From positions 9,039 to 73,038 of IMG/VR virus record IMGVR_UViG_2209111019_000003: 64,000 nt of DNA. One strand, written 5' to 3'. The position numbers were made by a program, and so were the translations under genes. Shown in pieces: positions 46,842 to 55,382 of the stretch. Every line of letters starts with the position of its first letter. Positions within the stretch are counted from its first letter, which is position 1. Origin of the DNA: a virus. Lineage: Duplodnaviria > Caudoviricetes. A model generated the notes under the pieces. The model ran no database searches. It worked only from the letters and a program-made list of their open reading frames with translations, and was not told where the DNA came from.

Positions 46842-46871
46842 ACCGCCCCGACGCCGTAGCGCCGGGGCGGT
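46842..46871. terminator. terminator hairpin
   Basis: ACCGCCCCG...CGGGGCGGT between convergent genes. Confidence 0.65.
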
Positions 46872-46903
46872 TTGCTGCGTGTGCCGGGGTTCGGCGCGGC
46901 GGG

Positions 46904-47086
46904 TCACGCGGGGGTGTTGCGGCGGTCAGCAGCCCGGGTGGCCGGGGGCGCGTTGACGGCGGTGAGTGCGGCGACTTCGGCGGCCTCGGCGGCGCACAGC
47001 GTGCAGCCGGGGGTGAGCCCGTCGTGGCCGTGCTCCCAACGCTGGTGGATGCTGGCCATAGCCGCACGCAGTTCGGACACGAACAC
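46904..47086 (-). CDS. small hypothetical protein
   Basis: AGGAG RBS, HDGLTPGCTLC. Confidence 0.5.
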   Translation of the reverse strand: MFVSELRAAMASIHQRWEHGHDGLTPGCTLCAAEAAEVAALTAVNAPPATRAADRRNTPA

Positions 47087-47113
47087 GACAGGCTCCTCTC
47101 GGGCGGGCGGGAC

Positions 47114-47287
47114 TCAGGCGGGGCGGGTGATGGTGCGCTTCCACTGCTGACGCTCGCCCCGCTTGCGGGCACGGCGGGCGGTCTTGCGGTCGCGGCCGGG
47201 GGCCTGTCCGCAGCAGTGGCAGTCCCTGCCGCCGGGCCCGTCGGGGCAACGCCGGCCGATCATCGGGGCCTTCGCGTCACGCGTCAT
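47114..47287 (-). CDS. small basic Cys-rich protein
   Basis: AAGGA RBS; MTRDAKAPMIGRRCPDGPGGRDCHCC; not in ORF track. Confidence 0.5.
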   Translation of the reverse strand: MTRDAKAPMIGRRCPDGPGGRDCHCCGQAPGRDRKTARRARKRGERQQWKRTITRPA

Positions 47288-47306
47288 GGCGTGTGGTCCT
47301 TCCTGG

Positions 47307-47852
47307 TCAGGCGGCGAGGGTGGCGTCGCCGTTGATGACGGGTTCGCGTCCGGCGGCGGTGAGCATGAGCAGGTTGCGCCAGCCGCGCCCGTTGTCGGGC
47401 TGGGTGTTGTCGGTGATCAGGCCGCGCTGCTGGAGGGCGGCGATGGTCTGTTCGGTGGCGTTGATCGGGAGGTCGTTGGCGAGTCGGGCGAGTGCCCGCT
47501 TCATCGCGGGGGTGAGGTTGGGGCTGGCCATGGCGGGCTCCTGCGGGTCGATGGTCATGCGGTCGGTGCGGAATGTGGTGTCCTCGCCGTCGCGCCAGTC
47601 GTAGGCGCGGCAGGTGATGCGCCCGGCGTTGGTGGGGTCGAGGCGGCGGGGCGTGATGTTGCGGACGCTGACAGTTCCGGTGGTGTCGACGTACCTGATC
47701 CGCACGGTCGCGCCCGCGTCGATGGCCCGGTAGAGGGCGACGAGGAGTCGGTAGTGGGCCCCGCGGGCGGCGGTTACCAGGCTGGGGCCGGCGGTGAGTG
47801 CGGCACGGATCGTGCGGCGGATCAGGCGGGCGGTACGGGCACGAGCATTCAC
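47307..47852 (-). CDS. WYL-domain protein fused in frame to a small C-terminal ORF
   Basis: AIDAGATVRIRY...RNITP...RAYDWRDGEDTTFRTDRM; internal AGGAG plus ATG at 47531. Confidence 0.75.
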   Translation of the reverse strand: MNARARTARLIRRTIRAALTAGPSLVTAARGAHYRLLVALYRAIDAGATVRIRYVDTTGTVSVRNITPRRLDPTNAGRITCRAYDWRDGEDTTFRTDRMTIDPQEPAMASPNLTPAMKRALARLANDLPINATEQTIAALQQRGLITDNTQPDNGRGWRNLLMLTAAGREPVINGDATLAA

Positions 47853-47920
47853 GGGATCCCCCAGGCGGTGCGGTGCGGGTGGTTCGGGTGCCCGCCCCGG
47901 GAAGGGGCGGGCGGAGTGGG

Positions 47921-48220
47921 TCAGCGGAGGTAGGCCAGCGGATTGACGGGGGAGTCCGGGGTGCACTCCGCGACCAGCCAGCGGTCGAACCGGTTGGTGC
48001 GGGCGCCGAGGTAGGCCGGGCTCTTCTCTTCCTCGCGGTCCCGGTCGTTCATCCGGCTTTCCAGCTCGTCCATGAGCCAGCCGCGGGTGATCTCGACGGC
48101 TCGGCCGGACTGGCCGTTGGTGAGCATCCAGGTCTCGGCGAGCCGCTCGTTCGACAGGCGGCCGATGGAGGCGCGTGCGATGGCCTCGGACTGCTTGGCG
48201 TTGTCCTGAATGCTTCCCAT
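47921..48220 (-). CDS. hypothetical protein
   Basis: GGGAG RBS; RGWLMDELESR. Confidence 0.7.
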   Translation of the reverse strand: MGSIQDNAKQSEAIARASIGRLSNERLAETWMLTNGQSGRAVEITRGWLMDELESRMNDRDREEEKSPAYLGARTNRFDRWLVAECTPDSPVNPLAYLR

Positions 48221-48266
48221 GTCCGTCTCCCTGCTCGCCGCTTCCTTGCTGATGTCTCCACTTTAG

Positions 48267-48362
48267 CCAAGCGGCTTGGGCAATACAAGTAGGCCAAGCA
48301 ACTTGGTCAAGATTCTTTAGGGATGACCAAGCTTGCCCCATGGCTATGGCCAAGCGGCTTGT
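48267..48362. promoter_or_regulatory. array of CCAAG-N3-CTTGG operators in divergent promoter
   Basis: 48267-48279, 48294-48306, 48350-48362 and a shortened copy at 48327-48335. Confidence 0.75.
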
Positions 48363-48377
48363 GCAACCATGTGGGGT

Positions 48378-48677
48378 ATGACCGACTACAGCCCGAGCCC
48401 GCAGCTCGCCGCAGCGCTGGCCGAATACGAAAAGGCGCAGGCGGCAGAAGAATCAGCCCGGACCAACCTTCGGGCCTCAGTCGCCGACGACCTCAAGACC
48501 TACGACGTGACCAACGAGGTCATCGCGCCCCATCTGCCATGGTCCAGCGAGACCGTCCGGGGTATTGCCCGCGAGTACGGCGTGCCTCGCAAGAGGAAGC
48601 CCACCGTCAGGTCGATCAAGCCGAAGAAGCGCACCGGCACGCACACCCCCGCCCCGCCCGCCGCAGAGGAGAGTTGA
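48378..48677 (+). CDS. small HTH-like regulator
   Basis: TNEVIAPHLPWSSETVRGIARE; adjacent to operator array. Confidence 0.7.
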   Translation: MTDYSPSPQLAAALAEYEKAQAAEESARTNLRASVADDLKTYDVTNEVIAPHLPWSSETVRGIAREYGVPRKRKPTVRSIKPKKRTGTHTPAPPAAEES

Positions 48678-48680
48678 GCC

Positions 48681-48938
48681 ATGACCGAGACTTCCGAGGC
48701 CAGGCACTGGCTGTACGTGGCCATCCGCGCTAACGCCAAGGTCAACGCGGTCCGCGAGCTACACCGCCAGGTGATGGCTGGTGGCGTGGCCATGGGCATT
48801 TGCCAGGAGTGCGGCAGGCCGTCTCCGTGCCCGACTGCTCAAGTCGTTGCTCGCGAGCCTGACGGCCCGTGCGACTGCGGACCGGACTGCCCCAAGAACA
48901 TCCCCGTTGCCCCGTCCGACGCGAGGGGCGGCAAGTGA
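48681..48938 (+). CDS. Cys-rich hypothetical protein
   Basis: VRELH...CQECG..SPCPT. Confidence 0.6.
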   Translation: MTETSEARHWLYVAIRANAKVNAVRELHRQVMAGGVAMGICQECGRPSPCPTAQVVAREPDGPCDCGPDCPKNIPVAPSDARGGK

Positions 48939-49636
48939 GCGAGACGGACCGCGCCGAGATGGTGCGTTACGACCAGCTCGCCGCCCGCGTGTACGGGGAG
49001 CGCCGCATGCCGTCAGGCACGCGGGATCTGATCCTCGCCCTCGGCTGGGTGACGCTCCGGGACCCGCGACGCCACGACCCGACCGTCGGCATCTGGGCCC
49101 GGGCAAGGGATGTGATGAACGCCGACAACAAGACCATGTGGCAGCTCATCAAGGACGACGCTCCCCGGTACGAACACGACTGGCACGCCGACCCCCACGG
49201 TTGCCAAGCCCCCATGGTTCGCATCGAGCGGCTCTGCGAGCGCAATGCGGTCGACCACTTCACTGAGGCCGACACCGCGACGGGCCGATTCCGCACTTGG
49301 GGCTTCTGTTCCCGGCCCCGCTGCCAGGCCTACGGCAAGGGCATCTACGAGCGGGCGCAGCGCTCCAACGCTGCCGCCCCTGCGGCGATCCCCAACACGG
49401 GCGGCCTGCTGCCGCTGTTCTTCGAGTGGAACTGGGAGGCGAAGTACGCCAAGGCCGACCCGCTGTGGACGGCTCCGTCTTACGGCCTGTCTGCTGACGA
49501 GTGGCCGACTATCGCTGGCGAGGAGCCGGTGTACGCCTTCCCGAAACTGCGGCTGATCACCTCAGGTGGCGAGCTTGTCGGCTGGCCCTACCCGCGCCTC
49601 TTCCCCGCCCCGTCCGACCCGGGGAGCGGCACGTGA
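48935..49636 (+). CDS. hypothetical protein
   Basis: GTGA-coupled, good codon bias. Confidence 0.65.
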   Translation: MSETDRAEMVRYDQLAARVYGERRMPSGTRDLILALGWVTLRDPRRHDPTVGIWARARDVMNADNKTMWQLIKDDAPRYEHDWHADPHGCQAPMVRIERLCERNAVDHFTEADTATGRFRTWGFCSRPRCQAYGKGIYERAQRSNAAAPAAIPNTGGLLPLFFEWNWEAKYAKADPLWTAPSYGLSADEWPTIAGEEPVYAFPKLRLITSGGELVGWPYPRLFPAPSDPGSGT

Positions 49637-49827
49637 GCGCCCGGGAACCCGTGGTGGTCGAGTTGACCGTGGACGAGTTCCACGCAGCGGCCCGGCGCGC
49701 CCTGGCCACCGTGGGCCTCACCTACGCCGAACTAGCCGCCCAAGCAGCCCGCCACCAGTTCGCCTCGGACCAGGCACGGAAGGTCTGGTCGTGCATCGGC
49801 GACACCCTGCCGGTGGAGTTCACGTGA
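49633..49827 (+). CDS. small hypothetical protein
   Basis: GTGA-coupled. Confidence 0.55.
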   Translation: MSAREPVVVELTVDEFHAAARRALATVGLTYAELAAQAARHQFASDQARKVWSCIGDTLPVEFT

Positions 49828-49920
49828 GCAGCCGCAACGCAGGCAATGACGGCCCGGCCGAACATGGTCAACTCGCCCTGGTGGCCTGCGAGTACGCGTA
49901 AAATGGCCCCATAAAAGCAT

Positions 49921-49951
49921 CGGCCGGACGGGCACTAACACCGTCCGGCCG
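49921..49951. promoter_or_regulatory. hairpin upstream of Rep-like gene
   Basis: 11-bp stem CGGCCGGACGG/CCGTCCGGCCG. Confidence 0.55.
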
Positions 49952-50097
49952 CTTGCTTGGTGAGCGGGTTACCAGCCCGCTCGTGGCGCGCCCACCTCGA
50001 AGTAAGAAGCGCCCTACAACCGCCCCTGCAAGGAAGAGGTTGCCCTCTTGAAGATACAGACCATCCCGCGCCGTCGCCAGCAGACGGGTCGGCTGCG

Positions 50098-50892
50098 ATG
50101 AGGACGTTCCGCACCATGCCGCCGGAGGGCTGGGTCCCAGTAGCGAACGCGACCGCGCAGAACCGGCGACTGAGCTGGCGCGCCAAAGGTCTCCTACTGG
50201 ACATGCTCAGCTTCCCCGACGGCTACGAGATCACCTTCGACCGCCTGATGGCCATGGCCAAGGCCGCCGGCGACCCCGACGTTGAAGGCAGGGACGCGAT
50301 GCGCCGTGCGATGCAGGAGCTGGAGCGCAAGGGATACATCGTTCACGGCCGCCGGTCAGTGAAGGACGAGACGACAGAGCGCGTGCTCTGGCGAACGGAG
50401 ACCGCCGTATGTGACCTTCCCGGGCGCATCAATGTCCGGGGTACGGGTTTTCAGGAAGCCGGAGATTCAGGAGGCCGGTCGTCCAGTACGACGGAGGACC
50501 AGGAACTCTCTAACAACACGGATCTATACAAGAAGGATCAGCAAGACGAGCTGGGCAAATCTTCCTCCGCGCTCGCTTCCGCTCGCGCGGGGCAGAGGAC
50601 GAGCCTGCAAGATCGCCGCGATGTTCTCGCCGACCTCTACGCCGCCGCCGACAAGCTCGACGAGCAGCGGCTACGCAGGCACCTGCTGACGTTCGAACGC
50701 CGACGCCCCCGCATCTACCGCGAATGCAGGCAGGCAGCGTTGGGTCAGATCGGCGGGCAGGCGGGCGGCAAGCAGTTGATGGCCGGAGCGGACGGCGTGC
50801 GGATCATCGACCTACTGGCGTTCAAGTACGCGCTCCAGCACTACTCCGACAACCTGCCCGACTGGCTCGTGAAGCTGCCACGGGCCGCCTAA
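50098..50892 (+). CDS. replication initiator-like wHTH protein
   Basis: RRLSWRAKGLLLDMLSFPDGY...EGRDAMRRAMQELERKGY, typical N-terminus of phage/plasmid initiators. Confidence 0.65.
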   Translation: MRTFRTMPPEGWVPVANATAQNRRLSWRAKGLLLDMLSFPDGYEITFDRLMAMAKAAGDPDVEGRDAMRRAMQELERKGYIVHGRRSVKDETTERVLWRTETAVCDLPGRINVRGTGFQEAGDSGGRSSSTTEDQELSNNTDLYKKDQQDELGKSSSALASARAGQRTSLQDRRDVLADLYAAADKLDEQRLRRHLLTFERRRPRIYRECRQAALGQIGGQAGGKQLMAGADGVRIIDLLAFKYALQHYSDNLPDWLVKLPRAA

Positions 50893-50945
50893 CCCGCTCC
50901 TTCGCCCCGTCTGCCGCTTCGTGTGGTGGGCGGGGCGCTGTCGTG

Positions 50946-51344
50946 TCAGGGGGTCGGGTTGCAGACGGTGCAGGGCCCGGTGCCGTCGAAGGCGAGTTGC
51001 CCGCGGGCTTGGTCGGCGTCGAGCGGCATCAGGCGCGCCCAGTCGGCGGGCTCGTCGAGGGTCCAGCAGTCCGCGTCGTGGATGGTCGACCCGCCGTTGG
51101 GCCGGCGTTCGTCGACTTCCATCACGTACCGGGGCCCGGCCGCCTGCGCGGGTTCGCGGGGCACGGCGCTGTAGTCCTCGCCGGCCACCTTGCCGATCGC
51201 ATCCGCGGGGATCTGGATGACGGCCTGCGCCCACCAGCTGCCGTCCGGGCCTTGCCGCCAGGCGAGGAGCCGGCCTGGGGTGGTGCGGCCGTTGGGCAGG
51301 CGCACCTCGACCCGGGGCGGGGGAGCATCGGGACGGTCGGACAT
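50946..51344 (-). CDS. DUF6233-like protein
   Basis: IHDADCW...PCTVCNP; probably leaderless (TAAGCT -10 just upstream). Confidence 0.7.
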   Translation of the reverse strand: MSDRPDAPPPRVEVRLPNGRTTPGRLLAWRQGPDGSWWAQAVIQIPADAIGKVAGEDYSAVPREPAQAAGPRYVMEVDERRPNGGSTIHDADCWTLDEPADWARLMPLDADQARGQLAFDGTGPCTVCNPTP

Positions 51345-51352
51345 GTGTTCGA
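51337..51352. promoter_or_regulatory. LexA (SOS) box
   Basis: TCGAAC-ACAT-GTCCGA on minus strand, one mismatch to actinobacterial TCGAAC-N4-GTTCGA; overlaps start codon. Confidence 0.7.
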
Positions 51353-51388
51353 GCTTAGTGCAGGGCGGCGCCCCCGCCAGTGCAGCTC

Positions 51389-51613
51389 CTACGCCTCCGC
51401 CGCGGCCCGCAGCGCCTTCTGCCCGGTCACGGTGTCCCACGGGGTGCCGGACCGCGCCGCCCGCAACACGCGCATCGCATCCAGCTCCGCCTGCCGTAGC
51501 TCCCGCCGGCGCTCCACGGACACGGCCTCGGTCTCGGCCATCAACGTCGCAGTCGCGGCGTCGAAGGCGCGTTGCGCGGCGAGCAGGTCTGCGGGGATCG
51601 GGGTATCAGCCAT
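51389..51613 (-). CDS. small hypothetical protein
   Basis: helical ORF IPADLLAAQRAF. Confidence 0.6.
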   Translation of the reverse strand: MADTPIPADLLAAQRAFDAATATLMAETEAVSVERRRELRQAELDAMRVLRAARSGTPWDTVTGQKALRAAAEA

Positions 51614-51648
51614 GCCGCGACCCTACGGGCCGGGTACGACAACCCCAC

Positions 51649-51825
51649 CTATGCCGCGAGCGCCGCTTCCTCGCGTGCTTTCGCGGCCTGCTCCTCGGCG
51701 ACCAGCCGCACATACTCGGCGAGCTCCGTCGGCGTCCAGCGGGCCCGCTTCGCCAACGCCCGGATCTCCGCGTTCACCAGCGCAGCAGAGCGCACGGGAC
51801 CACCAGCGGCACGGTTATCGGGCAT
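51649..51825 (-). CDS. small hypothetical protein
   Basis: VRSAALVNAEIRAL...EYVRLVAE; not in ORF track. Confidence 0.55.
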   Translation of the reverse strand: MPDNRAAGGPVRSAALVNAEIRALAKRARWTPTELAEYVRLVAEEQAAKAREEAALAA

Positions 51826-51888
51826 GCGATCACTTTACGGGCCCCATGTGACAGACGAGCACACGCGAGACTGGACGGCATATGCCCG

Positions 51889-52155
51889 TCAACGCGCAGC
51901 CGGCGGGACGTCAGCAACGAACGTGCCCCGCTGCGGCACCACCGTCACGATCCCGTCCTCAACCAGCACAGCAATCGCCCGGCGGACCGTCGTCCTCGCC
52001 AGCCCGTACTGCTGCACCAGATCGTTCTCGCTGGCGATCCGCCGGCCCGGCGCCCAATCCCCGCGCCCGATCCGCGCCTGGAGGATCCCGGCGAGCTGCC
52101 GATAGGGCGTCACGGGCCCCTCGTGATCGATTGCCGCGTCCGGATCCCAGGTCAT
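51889..52155 (-). CDS. GntR-family wHTH regulator (DNA-binding domain only)
   Basis: PYRQLA...IASENDLVQQYGLARTTVRRAIAVL...RGTFV. Confidence 0.9.
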   Translation of the reverse strand: MTWDPDAAIDHEGPVTPYRQLAGILQARIGRGDWAPGRRIASENDLVQQYGLARTTVRRAIAVLVEDGIVTVVPQRGTFVADVPPAAR

Positions 52156-52489
52156 GTGATCGACGCTAAGCGTCACCCTACGAAGCGGCATTTCCAGCTA
52201 CGTCGCTGAACGTAGCGATACAAGGCGCTACATTTGGAGCACAAGAAACCCCCGCGACCGCGCGAACGGCCCGGGGGCACGGCCACCCGAGGTGAGGCGG
52301 GCGACATATGGATGCTAACGGCGCAGACGCAGGACCGACGAGGCCACGGCCAGTCATCATGCAGTCCACGCGCGTCCAGCCCGCACGCGGCACCCGCCCC
52401 GCGTACATCGTCCACGCCCCCGGCGCCGACGTACCCGCCGAAGCGCCGGCCTGCCCCGCGGACTGCCCGACGTGCGGGGGGCGAGCCTG

Positions 52490-52684
52490 ATGGTCCCCTG
52501 CATCAAACACGGCGGGTTCGTGCCCGAGCGGGACGCGCACCTCATCGGCTGGGACGACACCGGCTCCGGGCCCGGCGTGGCCCGCTACGCGTGCACCGAC
52601 TGCGTCCGCGAACACGGCCTCGTACCCCTCGCGTTCACCGGCCGCCGGGACGCCGCACCCGTACCCCCGGGGGATGCCGCATGA
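52490..52684 (+). CDS. small Cys-rich protein
   Basis: GSGPGVARYACTDC; one of three coupled mini-ORFs divergent from GntR. Confidence 0.5.
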   Translation: MVPCIKHGGFVPERDAHLIGWDDTGSGPGVARYACTDCVREHGLVPLAFTGRRDAAPVPPGDAA

Positions 52685-52817
52685 GCCCGCTGCCCATCCG
52701 TTGCGCCCGCTGCCAGCAGCCCCTCACCCGGGACCAGGCCGTCGAGGTCGACGAGGCACAGGCCACCGCCTCGTCCCTCGTCTACATCCACCGCGGCCCG
52801 TGCCCACCCCGGTGACC

Positions 52818-52860
52818 GCCTGCCGTCGCCCCGCCCACCCCCGTCAGGGCGACGGCAGGC
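52818..52860. terminator. terminator hairpin
   Basis: 14-bp stem GCCTGCCGTCGCCC/GGGCGACGGCAGGC. Confidence 0.65.
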
Positions 52861-52996
52861 ACCTCTACCCCTGTTCGGGGGTGACAGCAGGTCAAGGCAT
52901 ATGCGCAGCCGAAAGATTCACCCGTGTGGGTTACAGATGCACCGTTGCCCCCAGTGCTGGAAGTGCGGGACGGTGAAGGCGGTTCTTACTCCAGGG

Positions 52997-53233
52997 TCAG
53001 TCGCGCACCAGGTGACTCAGGGGTACACCGAGCGCGTCAGCGATCAGATAGAGGTGGTCCAATCGTGCGGACTGCAGTCCCAGCTCGGTGCGCACGATGG
53101 TCACGCGGCCTAGCCCGGAGAGTTCGGCGAGCTTCTCCTGGCTTAGCTCTCGAGCTTCTCTGGCGTGGCGGATCCGGGCTCCGACCGTCCGGCGCCGCCG
53201 CAGCAGGTGCTCGGGGACTTGATCGGAAACCAC
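52997..53233 (-). CDS. XRE-family HTH regulator
   Basis: IRHAREARELSQEKLAELSGLGRVTIVRTE...IADALGV. Confidence 0.88.
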   Translation of the reverse strand: MVSDQVPEHLLRRRRTVGARIRHAREARELSQEKLAELSGLGRVTIVRTELGLQSARLDHLYLIADALGVPLSHLVRD

Positions 53234-53459
53234 TCGTCAACGCTGGGCCGTTCATGATCCAAAGTCTGTATCGTAAACGATCCAATATAGGTGCCCGCTA
53301 CATTTAGGCACCGCGGCCTCGAGCCGCCCCCCGACGGCCGTCGGCGGTGTCCTGCCCCCCAGGCGGTGCCGCCGGCGGTCCCTTTTTGTGTCCATCCGCG
53401 GTTGAGGCGCTTTGCACTCACGGCCCTCATCTGCTGGGGGATCCCGCCGTCCCGGTGTT

Positions 53460-53686
53460 CCCACGGGAACCCCGCGCATCCAGGACCGTCAACCAACGAC
53501 GCTCAGCGTCAACGAGCGTCAACCAAACGGGTTAATTTGCCCTACCCTGCGGCATCGCCGCAGGTCACAATGGTGCAAAGGATTGGGTTCAAGTCCCGTC
53601 ACTCACCCCACGCGATCAAGGCCCGACCTGCGAAAACAGGCCGGGCCTTCTTCGTGCCCCAAAATTGGGAACCCCACGGGAACCCC
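53460..53686. other. attP site: core (53585-53610) is the 3' end of tRNA-His, with flanking arm-type repeats
   Basis: GGGTTCAAGTCCCGTCACTCACCCCA (T-loop, acceptor strand, C discriminator, CCA); GGGAACCCC at 53465, 53667, 53678; CGTCAAC at 53487, 53507, 53517; adjacent to integrase. Confidence 0.85.
53618..53649 (+). terminator. terminator for reconstituted tRNA
   Basis: AAGGCCCG...CGGGCCTT hairpin right after att core. Confidence 0.7.
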
Positions 53687-53727
53687 AACCCCTCCCCGAC
53701 CAGCACAAACGGGTCTACCGTCCACTC

Positions 53728-54981
53728 ATGGCAAGCATCGTGGAACGCCCCAAAACGGACGGCTCGGTGACCTATCAGGTCAAGTGGCGGGAAGGCGGCG
53801 GCCGAACTGGCGCCGGCCAGACCGAGCGCTTCGCCGACCGCCCCTCCGCCGAGCAGTTCAAGCGCCTGGTCGACGCACACGACCAGCACTGGCCGCCCGG
53901 CTGGATCCGCGGCAAGGGCTTCGTCGAACCCGACACCAACCCCGACGACGTGCCGCTGCTCGAGTGGGCGCACCGCTACGCCGACAAGCTCACCGGCATC
54001 GACGGCCGCACCCGCAAGGACTACAAGCGGGACATCGACCGGCACTTCGCCCCGATCGTCCACACCCGCAGCGACGGCGAGACCATCCCCGCGACCGTCT
54101 GCAACGTCACCCAGGACGACATCACCGACTGGGTCCGCACCCAGGAAGACGGCCTCGAGGACCCCGAGCGGCCCGGTACGTGGCTACGGCGCAAGGCCAG
54201 CCCCAAGTCCATCGCCAACCGGCACGGGCTGCTGTGGTGCCTCTTCCAGGCCGCCGTGGACGCCACCCCGCAGCTACGGCCGGCCAACCCCTGCGCGAAG
54301 ACGAAGCTGCCGCGGACCGACGACGGGATCGTCGAGGAGATGGTGTTCCTCGAGCAAGACGAATGGCAGCGGATCCGCGCGGAGTTCACCGACCCCGACG
54401 CCCGGGACCTCGCGGAGTTCCTCGTCGGCACCGGCCTGCGCTGGGGTGAGGCGACCGCGCTGCAGGTTCAGGACGTGAACCTGCGGCAGTCGACGATCAG
54501 CGTCCAGCGGGCGTGGAAGCGGCAGGACGACAACACGTTCGCGCTCGGTCCGCCCAAGACCCGCAAGGCGCGGCGCACGCTCGCCCTGTCGCCCGATCAG
54601 ATGGCCATGGTCCGCGGCCACATGGCGGGCCGCGCCCCGGAGTCGTTCATCTTCCGCGGCGGGATGGGGTCGGCGTGGCGGCACTCCAACTTCTTCCACC
54701 GCAAGTGGCAGCCGGCGGTGGCGGCGGCGATGGCCAAGGGGTTGCCGAAGAAGCCGCGGCTGCATGATCTGCGGCACACGCATGTGGCGTGGCTGGTGGC
54801 TGCGAACATTCCGCTTCCGGCGATCCAGGCCCGCGTGGGTCACGAGTCGATCACGACGACGATCGACCGGTACGGGCATCTGGTGCGGGCGATGGACGGT
54901 GAGATCAGTGCGGCTGTACAGGCCGCCCTCGCGGGTGCCGCCGCTTCCCCAGGGCGGCACCTTGAGGTGGCGGCTGGCTAG
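53728..54981 (+). CDS. int: tyrosine integrase
   Basis: arm-binding N-terminus YQVKWR; GLRWGE, PKT, HDLRH, VGH, RYGH. Confidence 0.95.
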   Translation: MASIVERPKTDGSVTYQVKWREGGGRTGAGQTERFADRPSAEQFKRLVDAHDQHWPPGWIRGKGFVEPDTNPDDVPLLEWAHRYADKLTGIDGRTRKDYKRDIDRHFAPIVHTRSDGETIPATVCNVTQDDITDWVRTQEDGLEDPERPGTWLRRKASPKSIANRHGLLWCLFQAAVDATPQLRPANPCAKTKLPRTDDGIVEEMVFLEQDEWQRIRAEFTDPDARDLAEFLVGTGLRWGEATALQVQDVNLRQSTISVQRAWKRQDDNTFALGPPKTRKARRTLALSPDQMAMVRGHMAGRAPESFIFRGGMGSAWRHSNFFHRKWQPAVAAAMAKGLPKKPRLHDLRHTHVAWLVAANIPLPAIQARVGHESITTTIDRYGHLVRAMDGEISAAVQAALAGAAASPGRHLEVAAG

Positions 54982-55217
54982 CTGGCGCGGCGCATGCGGG
55001 GCGGCTGCTGGCCCCGCTCTCGGTGCTGTTCCCACAGGCCGTGGCGGATGAGGTGGGTGGCGATCTGGTTGAGCTCGGCTACGAGTTCGTTGCTCACCTC
55101 TCCCTCGCTGATGAGCCAGCGGGGCTGGTCGCCGAGCTCGATGAACACCGCCTTCTGACCAGGGGGCATGTCCGCTGCTGGCACCCTGATGAAGATGCTG
55201 TCCGCCGTCGGATCCAT
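54978..55217 (-). CDS. small hypothetical protein in immunity region
   Basis: GAGGGGG RBS; between int and repressor. Confidence 0.65.
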   Translation of the reverse strand: MDPTADSIFIRVPAADMPPGQKAVFIELGDQPRWLISEGEVSNELVAELNQIATHLIRHGLWEQHRERGQQPPRMRRAS

Positions 55218-55382
55218 CGAACCCCCTCGCGCTGACGTCGCACCTCACCGTATCCGCTCATACGTTCGCATGCGTGAGTCGGGCGGTGCGCTTGTGCGAC
55301 GTTCCGGATTTGCGCCCCCCAGGCGGATCACAAAGAATGCCACCTCGGTCACGTTCCGACTACCCCATGTCGGAAAGTCGTA

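Larger units (their letters stand above)
37933..53233. mobile_element. actinomycete conjugative-element-like transfer/spread and regulatory module embedded in phage
   Basis: TraB, clt-like array, Spd-like membrane proteins, Nudix pair, GntR, Rep-like gene; boundaries approximate. Confidence 0.7.

Noticed and set aside
53540-53610. Complete tRNA gene
   Set aside because: Only the T-loop and 3' acceptor strand are present, with no matching 5' half; it is the att core.
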